NCBI GenBank assembly: GCA_963674595.2
Contig: CAXXFV010000001.1
Span: 49,316-113,315, forward strand
Direction of reading: 5' to 3'
Source of the DNA: a bacterium
Lineage (GTDB): Bacteria > Zhuqueibacterota > Zhuqueibacteria > Residuimicrobiales > Krinioviventaceae
Length of the DNA: 64,000 bases
The position numbers were made by a program, and so were the translations under genes. The notes under the pieces are model-generated. The model made no database searches. It was not told the DNA's origin and saw nothing but the letters and a program-made list of their open reading frames with translations. Shown here piece by piece: positions 61,330 to 64,000 of this stretch (positions are counted from its first letter, which is position 1; each line of letters begins with the position of its first letter).

Positions 61330-64000
61330 ATGTCGAGCAAATCGCTTATTACTGCACTCGCGGTCCATTTCTTCGCTGTATCCGGCATCATTCTTTCGAG
61401 AAGCTATATAGACATCCTGTTTCTGTCGACCTACCCGGCGAGCTATCTGCCCTATCTCTTTATGGGACAGACGGTGGTTACGTTGCTTTTTACTCTCGGA
61501 TTGACGCCGCTTATCGCCAAGGGCTCCTCGTCGATCAACGCCGCCCTCCTTGTCGGCGGGGCGGTTGCGGTCTGGGCGATGAACCGCTTTGTCCCGGAGA
61601 CAGTTCCCTTCGTTCCTTTCTGGATAAGTCTCTGGCTTACCGCGCTTGCAACCCTTGTCGGGGTTGTCTCATGGGGCGGGGTCGGAGATGCGTTCGATAT
61701 TCGGTCGTTCAAGCGTGCGGCCAAGTGGGTCGGCGTATCCGGATCGGTGGGGGCCCTTGTCATCGGGTTTTGCCATCCCCGGTATTGTCGATATTTTCTC
61801 GGCAGACACGTTGATCCTGGTGCTTGTCGGCGTCGTATCGGTGTCCGCCGCCTTTCTGTTGCTGCTCAAACCGCTGCCGAACAAGCCGGGGCGAGCCGAT
61901 CGAAAGAGGCATCGATCGCCCCTTCGCTATCCTCTATTTCGGTATATCGCCCTCGGGATCGGCATGCTGCTCTTCACGGATGTTTTGGCCGACTATGTGA
62001 TAAAAAAAGAGCTCGGCGCCGCGTTTGACAAGGCGGGAATTGCGGCGTTCATGGGGCCGTTTTACGGTATCTCCTCCGCGGTGACCCTCGCGGTTCAGTT
62101 CGGTTTGACCGATCGTCTGCTCAAGAAGTTCGGCGTCACCGGCCCCTTGGCTGCGGTTCCAATCCTTTGTGTCGCAGGCGCGATCGGCGTCGGATTGCTT
62201 CCCGGACTCTGGAGCGGCGCGGCGCTACGGTTCATTGAAGGCGTTGGGTACTACGGACTTTACAGTGTCGGAAAGGAGATTGCCGATACGCCGCTGCCCA
62301 CCGCCATTCGGCGCACCGCCAAGCTTTTTCTCAGGGGATCGTCTCCCCCCTCGGTACCGGCATCGCCGCGCTGTTTCTTTGGCTCTTTGCCGATGCGTTG
62401 GGGGTGAGAGCGGCGGCAGGGGCAATCATCGCGGTGGGGGCTTTCTGGCTTTACATTATCTATCGCACCCGTATGGCGTACCAGGCAACCTTGGAAGAAG
62501 CCGTACGGACGAAACGATTGGATTGATCACTGCTTCTATCGAGGAGGGGGAACCGATCTATCTAAGGGGGATGATCGAGCAGGCCCTCGCGTCACCGGAC
62601 GAGGAGACGGTTCTGATCGGGCTCACACTGCTTTCGCGGGAACCGTCGGGTAGATTCCCTGATGCGGCGGTCGATAGATTGCGCGACGCCTCTCCTCGCA
62701 TTCGGTCCGCAACCGCCGAGGCGATTCCGGCCGTGGGAGATCTGCGACCGCTGCCTGCCCTCCATGACGCGCTCTCCGAGAAACGGATCCCGACGTGATG
62801 TGGCAGCTTCTCAAAACCTTCGCCGCCCTTGCGCCGGAACGAGCGCTCCAAGTTGCCGTCAAGGGGATCGAGAGTGACATCCCTCAAATTCGAGCGGGCG
62901 CATTACTCGTGATGTTGGCGAGCAGAGATCTCGATGCCCTCATCGCAGCAGCTCCGTCGCTCAAAGAGATGCTGTCCCACCCGGCGCCGGAGATGCGGGC
63001 GGCGGCTGCGCGTGCTATCGAAGGGCTCGGCGGAGGCTCGCTTCAGAAAGAGCTCGTTCCACTGCTGGGCGATCCGGACGAAACGGTTCGGGCTGGCTGC
63101 CGTAAAGGCCTGCGGAACAGACCGCGAACAGAGATAATCGAATTGCTTGCTGCTCAGGTCGGCACCGGAAAGGTGTGGGCGTCTCGCCGGCTCCGCTCTT
63201 ATCAGAATCGGAGCGCCGGCGCTGGAGAGTCTCTCGGATGTCGTGTATCACGGTTCAATCGCTGCCAAGCGAGCGGCGGTGCGGATCATCGGACAGATTG
63301 AGGCCGTCGAAGCCGAGGAGATTCTCGCGATTATGGGCGACAGCGATGAGTTGGAGATAGCGACCGCAGCCGCCCGGGAGTCCGCGCGCCGCGCCGTTCG
63401 ATTCGGCACTCGGAAGACCTTCGCTGCGGTCGCGGTCAAGCTCGCCCTTCGAGAACGCGGCGCATGCACATGCCCTGCTTGCGGCGGAAGCGTGCGGCTC
63501 GCTGGGAAATCGGTGTGCGCATTGAGGTGGCCGCGAGGCGACGTATGGCTCAGGAACGGTTTCTCCACTGGTTTGCGGTGGCCGGCGCCACCAAACAGGT
63601 GCTGGAGGCGATTCCCGCCCTGTTGCCCATTATGAACGGCGTACCTGACCAAAGTCTCAGAGCCAAGGCGGTGGAGCTTCTCGACGCCATGGCACCGAGC
63701 GCCGCTTTGAGAGATGCTGTTAATAGAGCTTTGGAATCACAAAAGTCTGTCTCCCATGAAGAGGCGATGAAACAGTTGAAAACCGTCGCCGACCCGTGGC
63801 TCGACCGACTCTTGGTCGTCCACTCGGGGATGCCGCAGCCGGAGGGAACCATGGATCTTTTTAATCGAGCCGCTCTGCTCCGAAAAGTCGATCTCTTCGA
63901 GTCTCTTCCCGGAGAGGTGCTGCTCTCCATCGCCGAAATGGCGGAACCTGTAGAAATTCTGGAGGGGGAGACCGTCTTCGGCAAAGGCGAATCGCCCGAA
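61330..64000 (+). CDS. Npt1/Npt2(NTT)-like MFS transporter fused to HEAT repeats and a cNMP-binding domain (frameshifted, 3'-partial)
   Basis: TM region (LPYLF, FDIRSFKR, MGPFYG, P.P..IRR.AK), HEAT repeats (L.D..P.IR..AA), then MDLFNRAALLRKVDLFESLPGE...VFGKGE. Confidence 0.75.

Noticed and set aside
857-63984. Numerous short antisense or alternate-frame ORFs in the ORF track
   Set aside because: They shadow well-supported genes and lack RBS or motifs. In the GC-rich part they are frameshift fragments or GC-driven open frames.
58951-64000. Horizontally acquired GC-rich genomic island
   Set aside because: No att site, integrase or target duplication, and genes on both sides are cut, so a contig artefact is more likely.

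Overview
Bases 1 to ~58,940 are an AT-rich (roughly 35-40% GC by eye) bacterial chromosome segment. NYPNPFN secretion-tail proteins, a fused E1 subunit and the gene repertoire suggest an FCB-group lineage such as KSB1 or Calditrichota; this is inference. In order it holds: a LarA-family racemase; iscS-iscU; a flavodiiron protein leading a 2-oxoacid dehydrogenase cluster (lpdA, fused E1ab, E1a, E1b, a stand-alone NuoE-N-like protein, E2, thyX, lipA); def, ROK kinase and ackA; a his operon with an unannotated His-rich leader peptide and attenuator; a PAS kinase cassette; two glycoside-hydrolase-like genes; an island-like block beside tRNA-Leu(CAA) (XRE regulator, metacaspase, repeat-linked secreted beta-propeller genes); pgk; an ABC-F ATPase; a structured orphan transcript candidate; and a Thermotoga-type iolMNO inositol pathway under an AraR-type regulator with visible operators. 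At ~58,940 the sequence jumps to ~60% GC mid-gene with no mobile-element signature, most likely a chimeric or concatenated contig. That part encodes a gluzincin-like protein, a fused hypothetical and an NTT/MFS-HEAT-cNMP protein. Most frameshifts sit in homopolymers and look like long-read errors. No CRISPR array, transposase or integrase was seen. The best novelty candidates are the orphan NuoE-N protein, the his attenuator, the iolMNO/AraR-type regulon, the orphan ncRNA and the XRE-metacaspase/propeller island.
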